Source: an uncultured SAR86 cluster bacterium (lineage in GTDB: Bacteria; Pseudomonadota; Gammaproteobacteria; Magnimaribacterales; D2472). From it: DNA of 64,000 bases. The notes below the pieces were generated by a model. The model ran no database searches. It saw only the letters and a program-made list of their open reading frames with translations, and was not told where the DNA came from. The DNA is taken from contig CACOZT010000001.1 of assembly GCA_902631785.1 (NCBI GenBank), positions 19,453 through 83,452 of the forward strand, read 5' to 3'. The translations under genes were made by a program, and so were the position numbers. Shown here one piece after another: positions 20,708 through 31,375 of the stretch (position 1 is the stretch's first letter; every line of letters begins with the position of its first letter).

Positions 20708-22690
20708 TTAAATACTTAAAAGAGGAGCAATAACCAAACTAACTATAGCCATCACATTTATAAGTATATTCATCGAAGGTCCAGAAGTATCCTTAAATGG
20801 ATCTCCAACTGTGTCACCTACTACAGTAGCAGCATGTGTGTCAGATCCCTTTCCTCCTAAATTACCTTTTTCAACATATTTCTTTGCATTATCCCAAGCG
20901 CCTCCGGCATTAGCCATCATAAGTGCAAGTGATACGCAACCAAGCAATCCTCCAGCCAACATGCCTCCTAAGGCTTGAGCACCAAGACCAAACCCAATAA
21001 TAGCTGGCATTGATACTGCAATAACTCCTGGTAACATCATTTTCTTTAAGGCTGCTTCGGTAGCAATCTCAACACATTTTTCTGAATCAGGTTCTGCAGT
21101 GCCTTCCATTAAGCCAGATATCTCTCTAAATTGTCTTCTTATTTCATTAATCATTTCAAAAGCAGCATCGCCAACAGCCGTCATTGTTATTGAAGAAACT
21201 AAAAAAGGTATACAAACTCCAATAAACATTCCAACTAAAACAATTGGCTCTGTCAGTGCTAATGAAAATTCAGGATTTGCTACCCCTACTACAGCTGAAA
21301 AAGCTGAAATTATTGCTAAAGCAGCTAACGCTGCAGCTCCAATTGCAAAACCTTTTCCGATTGCAGCAGTAGTATTTCCTAATTCGTCAAGAGAGTCAGT
21401 AATCTCTCTTACTTCCTCACCCATACCTGACATTTCAGCTATACCGCCAGCATTGTCAGCAACCGGTCCATACGCATCTATTGCCATTGTTATTCCAACA
21501 GTAGCAAGCATACCAACAGCCGCAATTCCTACACCATAAATGCCCGATAGTTGAGTTGAAGTAAGAATGATGCCGGCTAGAATAACAATAGGTATTACAA
21601 CTGATTGCATTCCTACTGATAAACCTGAGATCATTACTGTTGCAGAACCAGTTTCTCCTGATTCAGCAATTTTCTTAACCGGGCCTCCACCTGTGTAATA
21701 TTCTGTAATAAGTCCAATCAAAACACCGCCAACAGCTCCAGCAATAACACACCACCATACATTCATTCCAACTCCATCAAATGAATTAATTATGAAATAG
21801 GCCATAGCCACAAATATTACTGGCGCTAAAAGAGTTCCAGATCTTAATGCACTTGCAGGTGCTTTTGCAGACTGAAGCTTAACTATAAATATTCCAATTA
21901 TTGAAGCTATTAAGCCAGTCGCAGCTAAAGCCAGTGGAAGCATCATCATATCTTGGTTGCCAAGCGTATAAGCTATAGCTATTGATGCAATCATAGAGCC
22001 GCAATATGACTCAAATATATCTGAACCCATTCCAGCAACATCACCAACATTATCACCAACATTATCGGCAATAACGCCTGGGTTTCTTGGATCATCTTCA
22101 GGAATACCAGCTTCAATCTTTCCAACAAGATCAGCTCCTACATCAGCACTCTTTGTAAAAATTCCTCCGCCTACTCTGGAAAAAAGCGCTACAACAGAAG
22201 CCCCCATAGCAAAGCCTTCAAGTTTATGAGGGTCAATTTCAGCTGGGATATAGAAATAATATAATCCACCTAAACCAATAAGACCCAATGATGCAACACA
22301 AAGACCCATTATAGAACCACCATAAAAAGAAACCGATAAAGCTGCTGCTGGACCGTCTTTTTGAGCTGCAGTTGCAGTCCTAACATTTGCTTTTGTAGCT
22401 GCATACATACCAATAAAACCTGCAACAGATGAGCATATTGCTCCAACAACAATAGAAATTGCTGTATAAGGTCCCAATGCATACCATGCTAGTAATACTA
22501 TTACCGCAATAAATATGGATAAATATTTGTACTCTGTTTTCATGAAAGCGAGAGCTCCAGCATGAATCTGGTCGCCTATTTTTTTTACATTATCTTCGCC
22601 ATCGGGATATTTCATGACAAGCTTGTAAACAACAAATGCCATTACCATACCCAATATGCCAAGAGCTGGTGGAATGATTAAATTATCCAT
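20708..22690 (-). CDS. hppA: K+-dependent membrane pyrophosphatase, probably Na+-translocating
   Basis: [55 protein letters not shown]. Confidence 0.95.
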   Translation of the reverse strand: MDNLIIPPALGILGMVMAFVVYKLVMKYPDGEDNVKKIGDQIHAGALAFMKTEYKYLSIFIAVIVLLAWYALGPYTAISIVVGAICSSVAGFIGMYAATKANVRTATAAQKDGPAAALSVSFYGGSIMGLCVASLGLIGLGGLYYFYIPAEIDPHKLEGFAMGASVVALFSRVGGGIFTKSADVGADLVGKIEAGIPEDDPRNPGVIADNVGDNVGDVAGMGSDIFESYCGSMIASIAIAYTLGNQDMMMLPLALAATGLIASIIGIFIVKLQSAKAPASALRSGTLLAPVIFVAMAYFIINSFDGVGMNVWWCVIAGAVGGVLIGLITEYYTGGGPVKKIAESGETGSATVMISGLSVGMQSVVIPIVILAGIILTSTQLSGIYGVGIAAVGMLATVGITMAIDAYGPVADNAGGIAEMSGMGEEVREITDSLDELGNTTAAIGKGFAIGAAALAALAIISAFSAVVGVANPEFSLALTEPIVLVGMFIGVCIPFLVSSITMTAVGDAAFEMINEIRRQFREISGLMEGTAEPDSEKCVEIATEAALKKMMLPGVIAVSMPAIIGFGLGAQALGGMLAGGLLGCVSLALMMANAGGAWDNAKKYVEKGNLGGKGSDTHAATVVGDTVGDPFKDTSGPSMNILINVMAIVSLVIAPLLSI

Positions 22691-22755
22691 ATGAAACCCC
22701 TTAATTTTAATAAAGCATTCTAGCAAATTATTCGAAACAAAAGCGTATTTTTTCT

Positions 22756-24012
22756 CTATTTATTAAATATGTTTTTGTCTAAAAGTTCTTCTGAATTTGC
22801 AACAACGCATGCCACCGCAGCATCACCAGAAACATTTACTGATGTTCTGATCATATCGAGAATTCTGTCAACCGCCAATATTAATCCTATTGCATCAAGT
22901 GGAAGCCCTAATGAGCTCAAAATAAGAGCTAATGTAATAGTTCCAGCAGATGGAACAGCAGCTGCACCAATAGAAGCCACCATTGCAAGAAGAACTATTT
23001 GAATATATTCAATCATTGATAGGTCTACACCAACAGTGCTTGCAATAAACATAGTTGCTAGTCCCTGCATAATTGCAGTGCCATCCATGTTTATCGTGGC
23101 TCCAACAGGAATTACAAATGAAGAAACATCCTTTTTAACACCTAACTCATCAGTTACTGTCCTGAGAGTTACTGGAATAGTTGCTGCGCTTGATGATGTT
23201 GTAAAAGCAAATAAAGCAACATTTCTCATTTTTTTAAAGAAAATAATTGGATTTAAATTAGCAAATATTTTTAGTACTAAAGAATATGTAAAAAATAAAT
23301 GAAACAGTAAAACAAAAATTAGTATCAAGACGTATTGAATTAAATCTCCAAAAATATTTAACCCTTTATCCATTACATAACTACCCATCAAACAAAAAAC
23401 TCCAATAGGCGCAAAACTCATTATGATTAAAACTATCTTCATAAAAACTATATTTAATCTTTCAAAATTTTTAGAAAGATTATCAGTAAGATTGTCAGTA
23501 AGATTTAGAGCGATGCCAAACAAAATACTTATGAAAACAATTCCCAGCATATTGTTTTCAACAAAAGCTCCAAAAATATTATTAGGAAAAACTTTTAAAA
23601 CAGTATCATATAAACTGGCTTCGCCTGAGGGTGCATTAAATGAAGTAACTTCACCTTCATATCCAGAAATGTTAAAAACCCATCCAAAAAATATTGCAAT
23701 TACAACAGCAAAAGCTGTAGTTAATAAATAAAGCAGCACTGTTTTCGAAGCTATCGATCCAAGCTTAACCATATTCGATAAAGAAGAAATGCCAGAAACT
23801 AGAGAAAAGAAAACCAGAGGAACTACTATTAACAAGAGGAGATTCTTGAAAATTTGTCCGCCTAAGTTAAAAAGATATTTTTCTATGCCTAGAAAAACCG
23901 ATTGTGAAATTGAATCTTGAAAATAAAAGAAAATAGAGGCTAAAAGTACACCTGAGAACATACCCACCAAAACATTTCTAGTAAGATTTTTTGGAGGATC
24001 TAATTGACTCAT
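22756..24012 (-). CDS. Dicarboxylate/amino acid:cation symporter (DAACS)
   Basis: [36 protein letters not shown]. Confidence 0.93.
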   Translation of the reverse strand: MSQLDPPKNLTRNVLVGMFSGVLLASIFFYFQDSISQSVFLGIEKYLFNLGGQIFKNLLLLIVVPLVFFSLVSGISSLSNMVKLGSIASKTVLLYLLTTAFAVVIAIFFGWVFNISGYEGEVTSFNAPSGEASLYDTVLKVFPNNIFGAFVENNMLGIVFISILFGIALNLTDNLTDNLSKNFERLNIVFMKIVLIIMSFAPIGVFCLMGSYVMDKGLNIFGDLIQYVLILIFVLLFHLFFTYSLVLKIFANLNPIIFFKKMRNVALFAFTTSSSAATIPVTLRTVTDELGVKKDVSSFVIPVGATINMDGTAIMQGLATMFIASTVGVDLSMIEYIQIVLLAMVASIGAAAVPSAGTITLALILSSLGLPLDAIGLILAVDRILDMIRTSVNVSGDAAVACVVANSEELLDKNIFNK

Positions 24013-24182
24013 GTTATCTCTATCATATCAAAGTCTTCTTTTCCGACACCGCACTCAGGACATAACCAATCTTCGGGAACATCTTCCCATGCAGTTCCAG
24101 GCTCTATTCCATCGTCAGGCCAACCTAATTCTTCGTCATATATTAGTCCGCAGACAATACATTCCCATTTTTTAAATTTCAT
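24009..24182 (-). CDS. Rubredoxin, 57 aa, absent from ORF track
   Basis: Manual translation [57 protein letters not shown]; two CxxCG motifs; ATGA overlap with the symporter. Confidence 0.95.
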   Translation of the reverse strand: MKFKKWECIVCGLIYDEELGWPDDGIEPGTAWEDVPEDWLCPECGVGKEDFDMIEIT

Positions 24183-24252
24183 AAAGTGCTAAAAATTAAG
24201 TTATTTCGTTTATAACAAGGAGGCTATAATATCAGATTTAACCATTAAATTA

Positions 24253-24741
24253 ATGAAGCTAAAGCAAAAATCTTCTTGGATAAATTATAAAGAAATGGCA
24301 GAACAGGTTTCTGATGAGATTATAAAGTCTTGGCTGACCGAAAATGGGCCAATAACTAAACGAATTTCAGCGAAGGAAGATTTTGAGTTGAATCTTATTC
24401 GTGACGAAATTGATGAGGTCGATGAAACAGATAAAAAATATTTAGGTGATGATATTGGAGAAATTAAAGTAAGAGAAGTTATTCTGTTTGGTAATAAAGT
24501 TCCAAAAGTTTACGCGAAGTCTTTAATACCAGTTAAAACGATTGAAAAAGGGTTTTCAAAACTAGGAAGTCTTGGAACAAAACCTCTAGGCGACATATTA
24601 TTCGAAAAAGATATCTTTAATAAAATTGATGTTATTTACTCTACTTTTTCCAATGAAATAAATATATTTTGGGGAAGAAAAACAAAATACTTAGTTAAAG
24701 ATCTTCCCTTTTCAGTAATGGAAATTTTTTTAATAGATTAA
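24253..24741 (+). CDS. ubiC: Chorismate pyruvate-lyase
   Basis: WLTENGPITKR, REVIL, LGTKPLGDILF, WGRK; precedes ubiA. Confidence 0.85.
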   Translation: MKLKQKSSWINYKEMAEQVSDEIIKSWLTENGPITKRISAKEDFELNLIRDEIDEVDETDKKYLGDDIGEIKVREVILFGNKVPKVYAKSLIPVKTIEKGFSKLGSLGTKPLGDILFEKDIFNKIDVIYSTFSNEINIFWGRKTKYLVKDLPFSVMEIFLID

Positions 24742-25595
24742 TGATAGATAAAATTCGTTCTTTTATAGAGCTTGCAAGACTAGATAAACCTATTGGGATC
24801 TATCTCCTATTGTGGCCATCATTATTGGGTTATGTTTTAGCAGGAATAAATTCTGAGCTTAAGTTAAAAAACTTTTTGATAGTAGTGATTGGCTCAATCA
24901 TAGTTAGGTCCTGTGGCTGCGTTATTAATGATATTAGTGATTATAAAATTGATAAGCTTGTTAAAAGAACTTTGAATAGGCCACTTGCCTTGGGTTCAAT
25001 CTCCCTAATCGAAGCATGGATATTTTTTCTTTTGCTGGCTATTTCGTCGCTTGTACTTCTTTTTCAAACAAATCCTCTGACAATAAAGATAGCAATATTT
25101 TTTGCTTTTTTAATAATGTTATACCCGCTTACAAAAAGATTCTTTGTTGCCCCACAGTTCATTCTTGGAATCACATTTGGGTCTGGTTCAATAATTGCAT
25201 ATTCACTAGAGTCTAATATTTTTTCAATGTCACTTGCGATTTTATATTCTGGAATAATCGCTTGGATAATAAGCTTTGATACTTACTATGCTTTAGAAGA
25301 TAAAGATGATGACGAACGTATAGGAGTAAATTCTACAGCAATTTTATGGGGAAATAATTCAATAACATATTCAAAAATACTCCACATATTTTTTTATGTA
25401 TGTCTTTTAACCATTGGAATCATAAATAGTTTTTCATACCTTTTTTACATATTTTTTTTCTTACTGATATATCTTTTTATTCATCAGGCAAAAATTATCA
25501 AGAAAAAGAAATATATTGAAGCATTCAAAATAAATAATTGGATAGGTATTGTTGCCCTTCTTAGTTTCGTGTTCGAAATTATTTACTTAAGTTAA
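24741..25595 (+). CDS. ubiA: 4-hydroxybenzoate polyprenyltransferase
   Basis: RLDKPIGIYLLLWP, GCVINDISD, RPL, DTYYALEDKDDD. Confidence 0.93.
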   Translation: MIDKIRSFIELARLDKPIGIYLLLWPSLLGYVLAGINSELKLKNFLIVVIGSIIVRSCGCVINDISDYKIDKLVKRTLNRPLALGSISLIEAWIFFLLLAISSLVLLFQTNPLTIKIAIFFAFLIMLYPLTKRFFVAPQFILGITFGSGSIIAYSLESNIFSMSLAILYSGIIAWIISFDTYYALEDKDDDERIGVNSTAILWGNNSITYSKILHIFFYVCLLTIGIINSFSYLFYIFFFLLIYLFIHQAKIIKKKKYIEAFKINNWIGIVALLSFVFEIIYLS

Positions 25596-26732
25596 ATGAA
25601 TAAAAATTTAAATTTTATTGATAATTTTGATTCAATAGATGAATCTCAGTTCAATAAATTAATTCGTAAAGATGATGCTCCCTTTATTCAATATTCTTTT
25701 TTAAAGGCTCTTGAAAATTCAGGGTGTGTAGGAAGAGATTTTGGCTGGACTCCAAAACATCTGATTAAGTCAAACAAAAATATTTTAAGTGGCTTTCTGC
25801 CAATATATATAAAAAATAATAGTCATGGAGAGTTTGTTTTTGACCACTCATGGTCATATGCATTAAACAGAGCTGGAAGAAATTACTATCCTAAATTACT
25901 TACAGCTATACCTTTTACCCCATGTGAAACAAGAAAAATCATCACCGAATCTGATTCTGATGAATATATTGAAAAGGTGATAGATCTTATGGAGGAGAAA
26001 AATATTGAAACTTGGCATGTCCTGTACCCAGATTCAAATTTAAAAGAATTATTTCTAAAAAATAATCTTATAGAACGTTTTGGGTATAAGTTTATATGGA
26101 GGAATAAAGGTTATGAAGAGTTTGATGATTACCTTAGTATTTTTAAATCAAGACAAAGAAAAAATATAAAAAATGAAAGACGAAAAATATCTGACTTAAA
26201 TATCACTTTTCAAATAAAAGAAAGTGACTCTCTAACAACTAAAGACTGGGATGATTTTTTTAAATTTTACACAAATACATATGAAGAAAGATTGCAAAGA
26301 CCATATCTGAATATAGATTTTTTTAAAGAAATACATAAATTTAGAGAAACTTTAAGGCCTGTTATTTTTTTTGCATTGCATGATAATAAAAAAATAGCTG
26401 GATCATTGTGCTTCGCTGGTAATGACACTCTCTATGGAAGGCATTGGGGATCATCATACAACATTGACTCTCTTCATTTTGAAACTTGTTTTTATCAAGG
26501 AATTGAGTTCTGTATTAAAAATAAGCTTAAATTCTTTGATCCTGGCGTTCAAGGTGAACATAAAATAAGAAGAGGATTTGAACCAAAAAGAACTAGTTCA
26601 TTTCATTATATAAAAGAGAAAGATTTTAGAGGAGCCATACTAGAATTTTGCGAAAAAGAGCAAGATGAAATTAATAGATATTTAAAAGCATGTGAGAGAT
26701 ATACACCTTTCAATAAAGAATATAAAATTTAA
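25596..26732 (+). CDS. GNAT/FemAB-like protein (DUF482)
   Basis: SHGEFVFDHSW, YYPKL..IPFTP, LYGRHWG, LHFETCFYQGI, GEHK. Confidence 0.88.
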   Translation: MNKNLNFIDNFDSIDESQFNKLIRKDDAPFIQYSFLKALENSGCVGRDFGWTPKHLIKSNKNILSGFLPIYIKNNSHGEFVFDHSWSYALNRAGRNYYPKLLTAIPFTPCETRKIITESDSDEYIEKVIDLMEEKNIETWHVLYPDSNLKELFLKNNLIERFGYKFIWRNKGYEEFDDYLSIFKSRQRKNIKNERRKISDLNITFQIKESDSLTTKDWDDFFKFYTNTYEERLQRPYLNIDFFKEIHKFRETLRPVIFFALHDNKKIAGSLCFAGNDTLYGRHWGSSYNIDSLHFETCFYQGIEFCIKNKLKFFDPGVQGEHKIRRGFEPKRTSSFHYIKEKDFRGAILEFCEKEQDEINRYLKACERYTPFNKEYKI

Positions 26733-27157
26733 TGATGATTAAATCCTTACCAAAAACTAGTCATCAGCTTGCTGTTTGCGAGGCTAACTTTTTGAGATTA
26801 AAGAAAATCCTTAACGATTTTTTAAAAAATAAGTATTCGTTTGAAACAATAAATCCAGACTCTTCATCTAATCCAATATCCTTTCATGTAATACATAGAA
26901 CACGCCATACATTAATTATTGAGGCTAAGCAGAAAATTAAACTTAAGAAGATAGAAAGCCTCATTATCAGAATACAAGTTTCCTTAGATGCTAAATTAGC
27001 AGAAGTCGTATCTTTTCAAGGAGAAAGAGCAGTGCCTTATTTTATGAAAGTACTTAAAACACAATCTAGAGACGAAAAAATTCAACAAAATAGATTTTTA
27101 ACTGAATGGCTGGAGACCATTTTTGCGAATGGTATAAACCCTGAAGTTAAAATTTGA
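26732..27157 (+). CDS. DUF1249 (YqiB-like) protein
   Basis: CEANFLRL, DAKLAEV, DEKIQQNRFLTEWL; next to yqiA. Confidence 0.8.
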   Translation: MMIKSLPKTSHQLAVCEANFLRLKKILNDFLKNKYSFETINPDSSSNPISFHVIHRTRHTLIIEAKQKIKLKKIESLIIRIQVSLDAKLAEVVSFQGERAVPYFMKVLKTQSRDEKIQQNRFLTEWLETIFANGINPEVKI

Positions 27158-27729
27158 TGGTAAAAACAATTTTATATTTTCATGGCTTTGCCTCATCATC
27201 AGATTCAGACAAAGCAAAGATTATTAAGAAGCATATATCTAAAGTTTCTAAAAAGATAAAAATATTTACTCCAGATCTTAGTAACGAATTTAAGGAAGCA
27301 AATAGTCAGATACAAGAACTTATTGACGAAAATAAAAAAGACTTTGTATTTATGGGAAGTTCTCTTGGGGGATACTATGCAAATTTTTATGGAAATATTT
27401 ATAACTCAAAAGTAATTTTAATAAATCCAGCAATTCCACCATTGAAGGGTTTTGAGGAGTATCTTGGTGAAAATGAAAATTATTCTACAGGAGAAAAATT
27501 TATTGTTACCAAGGAGGATATAAAATTTCTAAGAACTCTTGTGGCTAAAAAATCTAATAACCAAAATAATACATTGATCTTACTTGAGTCTGGAGATGAG
27601 GTTCTTAATTACATTGAAGCTGCAAAATACTTTCAAGGTTCGAATATAGATATAACATTTGGTGGAAGTCATTCGTATGAGTCAATTACTGATAAGTTAG
27701 AGAAAATCGTCAAATTCCTAGAAATTTGA
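27154..27729 (+). CDS. yqiA: YqiA/YcfP family esterase
   Basis: YFHGFASS, GSSLGG, LINPA, GDEVL, GGSH. Confidence 0.88.
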   Translation: MMVKTILYFHGFASSSDSDKAKIIKKHISKVSKKIKIFTPDLSNEFKEANSQIQELIDENKKDFVFMGSSLGGYYANFYGNIYNSKVILINPAIPPLKGFEEYLGENENYSTGEKFIVTKEDIKFLRTLVAKKSNNQNNTLILLESGDEVLNYIEAAKYFQGSNIDITFGGSHSYESITDKLEKIVKFLEI

Positions 27730-27734
27730 TAAAT

Positions 27735-27825
27735 TGAACTAAAATTGAACAAAAAACTTTATTTTGCACAAAATTAATGCATAATAATATCAATATATGT
27801 GCAATTACATCACAAAATAATTGCA
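27735..27825. promoter_or_regulatory. NtrC-binding sites upstream of glutamine synthetase
   Basis: TGCACAAAATTAATGCA (27765-27781) matches TGCAC-N7-GTGCA with one mismatch; weaker 17-mers at 27735-27751 and 27809-27825. Confidence 0.6.
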
Positions 27826-27858
27826 TATAATTTTTTTTGATTACTATTTTTAGGAGAA

Positions 27859-28875
27859 ATGATGACTGATATTAAAACATACGAATACATCTGGTTAGAT
27901 GGTTATAAGCCTGAGCCCTCAATGAGGAGCAAAATTAAGGCTACCGATCTAAGAGGAACTGATAAAGGAGAGGATAATGATAATATGCCTCCAAAATGGT
28001 CATTTGATGGATCATCAACACAACAAGCAGAGGGAGATAGTTCAGACTGCTTACTAGTTCCTGTTCAAATATATGACAATCCAACAACACCCGATCACTT
28101 AGTAATGTGTCAGGTTTTGGCTGCTGATCAAACAATACACCCTTCTAATACAAGATCTGCTGCTGCTGAAGTTGTAACTGATGAATGGTGGTTTGGTTTT
28201 GAACAAGAATACTTCTTTACTGATCCTGAAACAGGAGAACCATTAGGATGGGAGAATGGTGAGCCTGGTCCTCAAGGCCCCTATTATTGTGCAGTTGGTA
28301 CTGGAAATGTTTCAGGTAGAGAAGTATCCGAAGTGCATCTTCAAGCATGTATTGATGCAGGTATAAATCTTACAGGAACTAATGCTGAAGTTGCTATTGG
28401 TCAGTGGGAGTATCAATGTTTTGGTAAAGGCATCAAAGCCGCAGACGACCTTTGGGTTTCAAGATATCTCTTATATAAAATTGCTGAAGAATTTGGTGTT
28501 GGTGTGAATATACACCCAAAACCAAAAACTGGAGACTGGAATGGATCAGGAATGCACTGTAACTTTTCTAATGAAGAAATGAGAACATCAGGATCTGAAG
28601 AATTATTTTCATCTATGTGCGATAAACTTGGTGAAGTTCATGAAGAAGGAATAGCTGCATATGGTTCAGATAACGATATGAGATTGACTGGTCTTCATGA
28701 AACTCAAAGTATTGATCAATTCTCATATGGTGTGAGTGACAGAGGCGCAAGTATTCGTATACCTGTATACACTGTTGAACACAATTGGAATGGCTACCTC
28801 GAAGATAGAAGACCTGCATCAAATGCAGATCCCTATAAAATCTTATCTCATATAGTAGGAACTCTTAAAAAGTAA
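27859..28875 (+). CDS. glnII: Glutamine synthetase type II
   Basis: 338 aa; EYIWLDG, WSFDGSST.QAEG..SD, GDWNGSGMH, RLTGLHET, RGASIRIP, EDRRPASNADPY. Confidence 0.9.
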   Translation: MMTDIKTYEYIWLDGYKPEPSMRSKIKATDLRGTDKGEDNDNMPPKWSFDGSSTQQAEGDSSDCLLVPVQIYDNPTTPDHLVMCQVLAADQTIHPSNTRSAAAEVVTDEWWFGFEQEYFFTDPETGEPLGWENGEPGPQGPYYCAVGTGNVSGREVSEVHLQACIDAGINLTGTNAEVAIGQWEYQCFGKGIKAADDLWVSRYLLYKIAEEFGVGVNIHPKPKTGDWNGSGMHCNFSNEEMRTSGSEELFSSMCDKLGEVHEEGIAAYGSDNDMRLTGLHETQSIDQFSYGVSDRGASIRIPVYTVEHNWNGYLEDRRPASNADPYKILSHIVGTLKK

Positions 28876-28889
28876 TTTTGGTTATTTAT

Positions 28890-28918
28890 ATCTGCTCTAT
28901 TTCTATAATAGAGCAGAT
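28890..28918. terminator. Hairpin between GS and ntrB (terminator or stabiliser)
   Basis: ATCTGCTCTATT-5nt-AATAGAGCAGAT perfect 12-bp stem; no clear U-tract on the + strand. Confidence 0.55.
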
Positions 28919-28929
28919 TATTAAAAAAA

Positions 28930-30006
28930 ATGAATTCTGAGAAACTATCTTTTTTAAATCAACTTGAAACTGAAATTATTATTCTAGATAGAGATCTATT
29001 CGTAATATGGTTAAATGATTCCGCTCTTAACAAAGGTTGGGTTTTAAATTCGAAAAAAAATCGTAATCTAATAACTGATCAATTTTCAGAAGAAACAAAT
29101 GGGTCTCTGATAAATCTTTTGAAGAAAACAGTAAATGAAGATGGCGCCAAAACTAAAAGAGACTTTGAGATAATTACTGCTGCGAATACTAAAAGAGTCA
29201 TAGACTTAACCGTATCTTGGAATAATGAAAATGAGTGTTTGATCCTTGAGATATTATGTGTCGACAATCTAAATAAAATAATTGACTCTACAAAAACATT
29301 TTCAACACAAAAAATTGCTGCAAATTTAGCAAGAACACTTGCTCATGAAGTTAAAAACCCACTTTCAGGTATCAGAGGAAGTGCACAAATTTTAAGCAAA
29401 AAACTAACAGATGATTACTCTGAAAAATTTCTAAAAATAATTATTGATGAGACTGATAGATTGAACTCTATTGTAACTAAAATTTTAACGCCACCCTCAA
29501 AGCCAAATTTCAGTTTATTCAATATTCATTCCGCACTTGAAAAAGTTTACGCTCTTTCAGAAGCAGATAAGGATAATGAAATTATTCTAACAAGAGATTA
29601 TGACCCAAGCATTCCTGAAATAAATGGAGATGAAAACTTATTTGTTCAAGCTATTTTAAACATTGTTAAGAATGCTCAACAAGCAATAGAAAATATTCAA
29701 AATCCAACTATCAAAATTAAATCAAGAATTGAATACAGTAAACCAATTAATGGAGTAGTTCACCAAACAATTTGTAATATCGAAATTATTGATAATGGTC
29801 CTGGAATACCGCAAGAACTTCATGACCAGGTATTCTTTCCAATGGTTTCTGTAAAGGAAAATGGGTCGGGTTTAGGCTTAACAATAGCTCAAGATATAAT
29901 AAGAATTCATGGAGGTGGAATTATTTTTAAATCAAATCCTGGAAAAACGATTTTTGCAATTCAAATTCCTATCAGAATAGAAAATAAGGAGGCAAAAATT
30001 GCATAG
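28930..30006 (+). CDS. glnL: Nitrogen regulation histidine kinase NtrB
   Basis: LAHEVKNPLSGIRGSAQ, DYDPSIP, DNGPGIP, GSGLGL. Confidence 0.93.
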   Translation: MNSEKLSFLNQLETEIIILDRDLFVIWLNDSALNKGWVLNSKKNRNLITDQFSEETNGSLINLLKKTVNEDGAKTKRDFEIITAANTKRVIDLTVSWNNENECLILEILCVDNLNKIIDSTKTFSTQKIAANLARTLAHEVKNPLSGIRGSAQILSKKLTDDYSEKFLKIIIDETDRLNSIVTKILTPPSKPNFSLFNIHSALEKVYALSEADKDNEIILTRDYDPSIPEINGDENLFVQAILNIVKNAQQAIENIQNPTIKIKSRIEYSKPINGVVHQTICNIEIIDNGPGIPQELHDQVFFPMVSVKENGSGLGLTIAQDIIRIHGGGIIFKSNPGKTIFAIQIPIRIENKEAKIA

Positions 30007-31375
30007 TATTTGGATTGCTGATGACGATGAGGCTATTAGATTAGTCCTAGAAGAAAGTCTTTCTTCCGCTGGCTTTGAAACAAAAAGTTTCTCAAGTGGA
30101 GAAGCGTTAGTTTCTGATCTAGAGAACTCTCAACCAGATTTAATAATTACTGATGTTCAAATGCCTGGAATGCTTGGCTATGATCTTTTAAAACATATTA
30201 ATAATAATTTTGAAGACCTTCCTGTAATTGTAATGACCGCCTTTGCCGATATGCAAGCGGCTGTTGAGTCATTTGGTGGTGGAGCCTTTGAATATATTCC
30301 TAAGCCTTTTGATCTTGAGGATGCAATAAAGATAATTGAAAGAGCTTTAGAGGAAAAGCCAAAGACTAAAGGCTTAAAACAAGATACTAAACTGGATATT
30401 ATTGGCGAATCTCAAGCAATGCAAAATGTTTTTAGAGCTATTGGAAAGCTCTCAAATACAATTGCAACTGTTTTGATTCAAGGCGAATCTGGAACTGGTA
30501 AAGAGTTAATTGCAAAGTCACTTCATAAGAATAGTCCAAGGCATGATATGCCATTCATAGCATTAAACATGGCAGATATTCCAAAGGAACTTGTTGAATC
30601 AGAGCTCTTTGGACATGAGAAAGGATCATTTACTGGTGCGGTTGAGAAAAGAATTGGAAGGTTTGAACAAGCAAATGGTGGAACGCTTTTTCTTGATGAA
30701 ATTGGCGATATGCCTTTAGATTCTCAAACTAGGCTTTTAAGAGTTTTATCTAATAAGGAATTCTATAGAGTTGGCGGTGATAAGCCTATAAAAGTTGACG
30801 TTAGAATAATCGCAGCAACTCATCAAAATCTAAATAATTTAGTCTCTCAAAAAAATTTTAGAGAAGATCTTTTTTACAGGCTTAATGTGATAAAAATTGA
30901 GGTGCCTCCACTTAGAGACAGAAAAGAGGATATTAGTGATTTGTCTAAATACTTTTTAAAGAATTATTCTAGCTCTCTAGATGAAGACTTAAGAGTGATT
31001 TCTGATGAAGCAATGAACTTAATGAATAGATATGACTGGCCAGGTAATGTAAGACAGTTAGAAAATGTATGTTACTGGTTAACTCTCATGTCTCCATCAC
31101 AAAACGTAAAGTCGCAAGACCTTCCGACTGAAATTAAGGAATTTGAAGTTACAGATATCCCAACTTCTTCATGGGAAGACGGAATGCAGAATTGGCTTAA
31201 AAATGTCTCAATGAATATAGATTCAGGTTTATCTGAGATAGCAATAACTAAAATTGAAAAAATGTTAATTAAAACTGCATTGGAAAGATCAAACGGTAAA
31301 AAAAATGATGCTGCCCAAATTTTAGGATGGGGTAGAAACACGCTATCAAAAAAAATGAAAGAACATGGTATTTAA
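29999..31375 (+). CDS. glnG: Nitrogen regulation response regulator NtrC
   Basis: Receiver domain, GESGTGKE, ESELFGHEKGSFTGA, HTH AAQILGWGRNTL. Confidence 0.95.
   Translation: MHSIWIADDDEAIRLVLEESLSSAGFETKSFSSGEALVSDLENSQPDLIITDVQMPGMLGYDLLKHINNNFEDLPVIVMTAFADMQAAVESFGGGAFEYIPKPFDLEDAIKIIERALEEKPKTKGLKQDTKLDIIGESQAMQNVFRAIGKLSNTIATVLIQGESGTGKELIAKSLHKNSPRHDMPFIALNMADIPKELVESELFGHEKGSFTGAVEKRIGRFEQANGGTLFLDEIGDMPLDSQTRLLRVLSNKEFYRVGGDKPIKVDVRIIAATHQNLNNLVSQKNFREDLFYRLNVIKIEVPPLRDRKEDISDLSKYFLKNYSSSLDEDLRVISDEAMNLMNRYDWPGNVRQLENVCYWLTLMSPSQNVKSQDLPTEIKEFEVTDIPTSSWEDGMQNWLKNVSMNIDSGLSEIAITKIEKMLIKTALERSNGKKNDAAQILGWGRNTLSKKMKEHGI

Noticed and set aside
24004-24192. 62-aa plus-strand ORF
   Set aside because: It is the antisense shadow of the rubredoxin gene
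27805-27826. sigma54 -24/-12 promoter for GS
   Set aside because: TTGC is present but the invariant GG 12 bp upstream is absent
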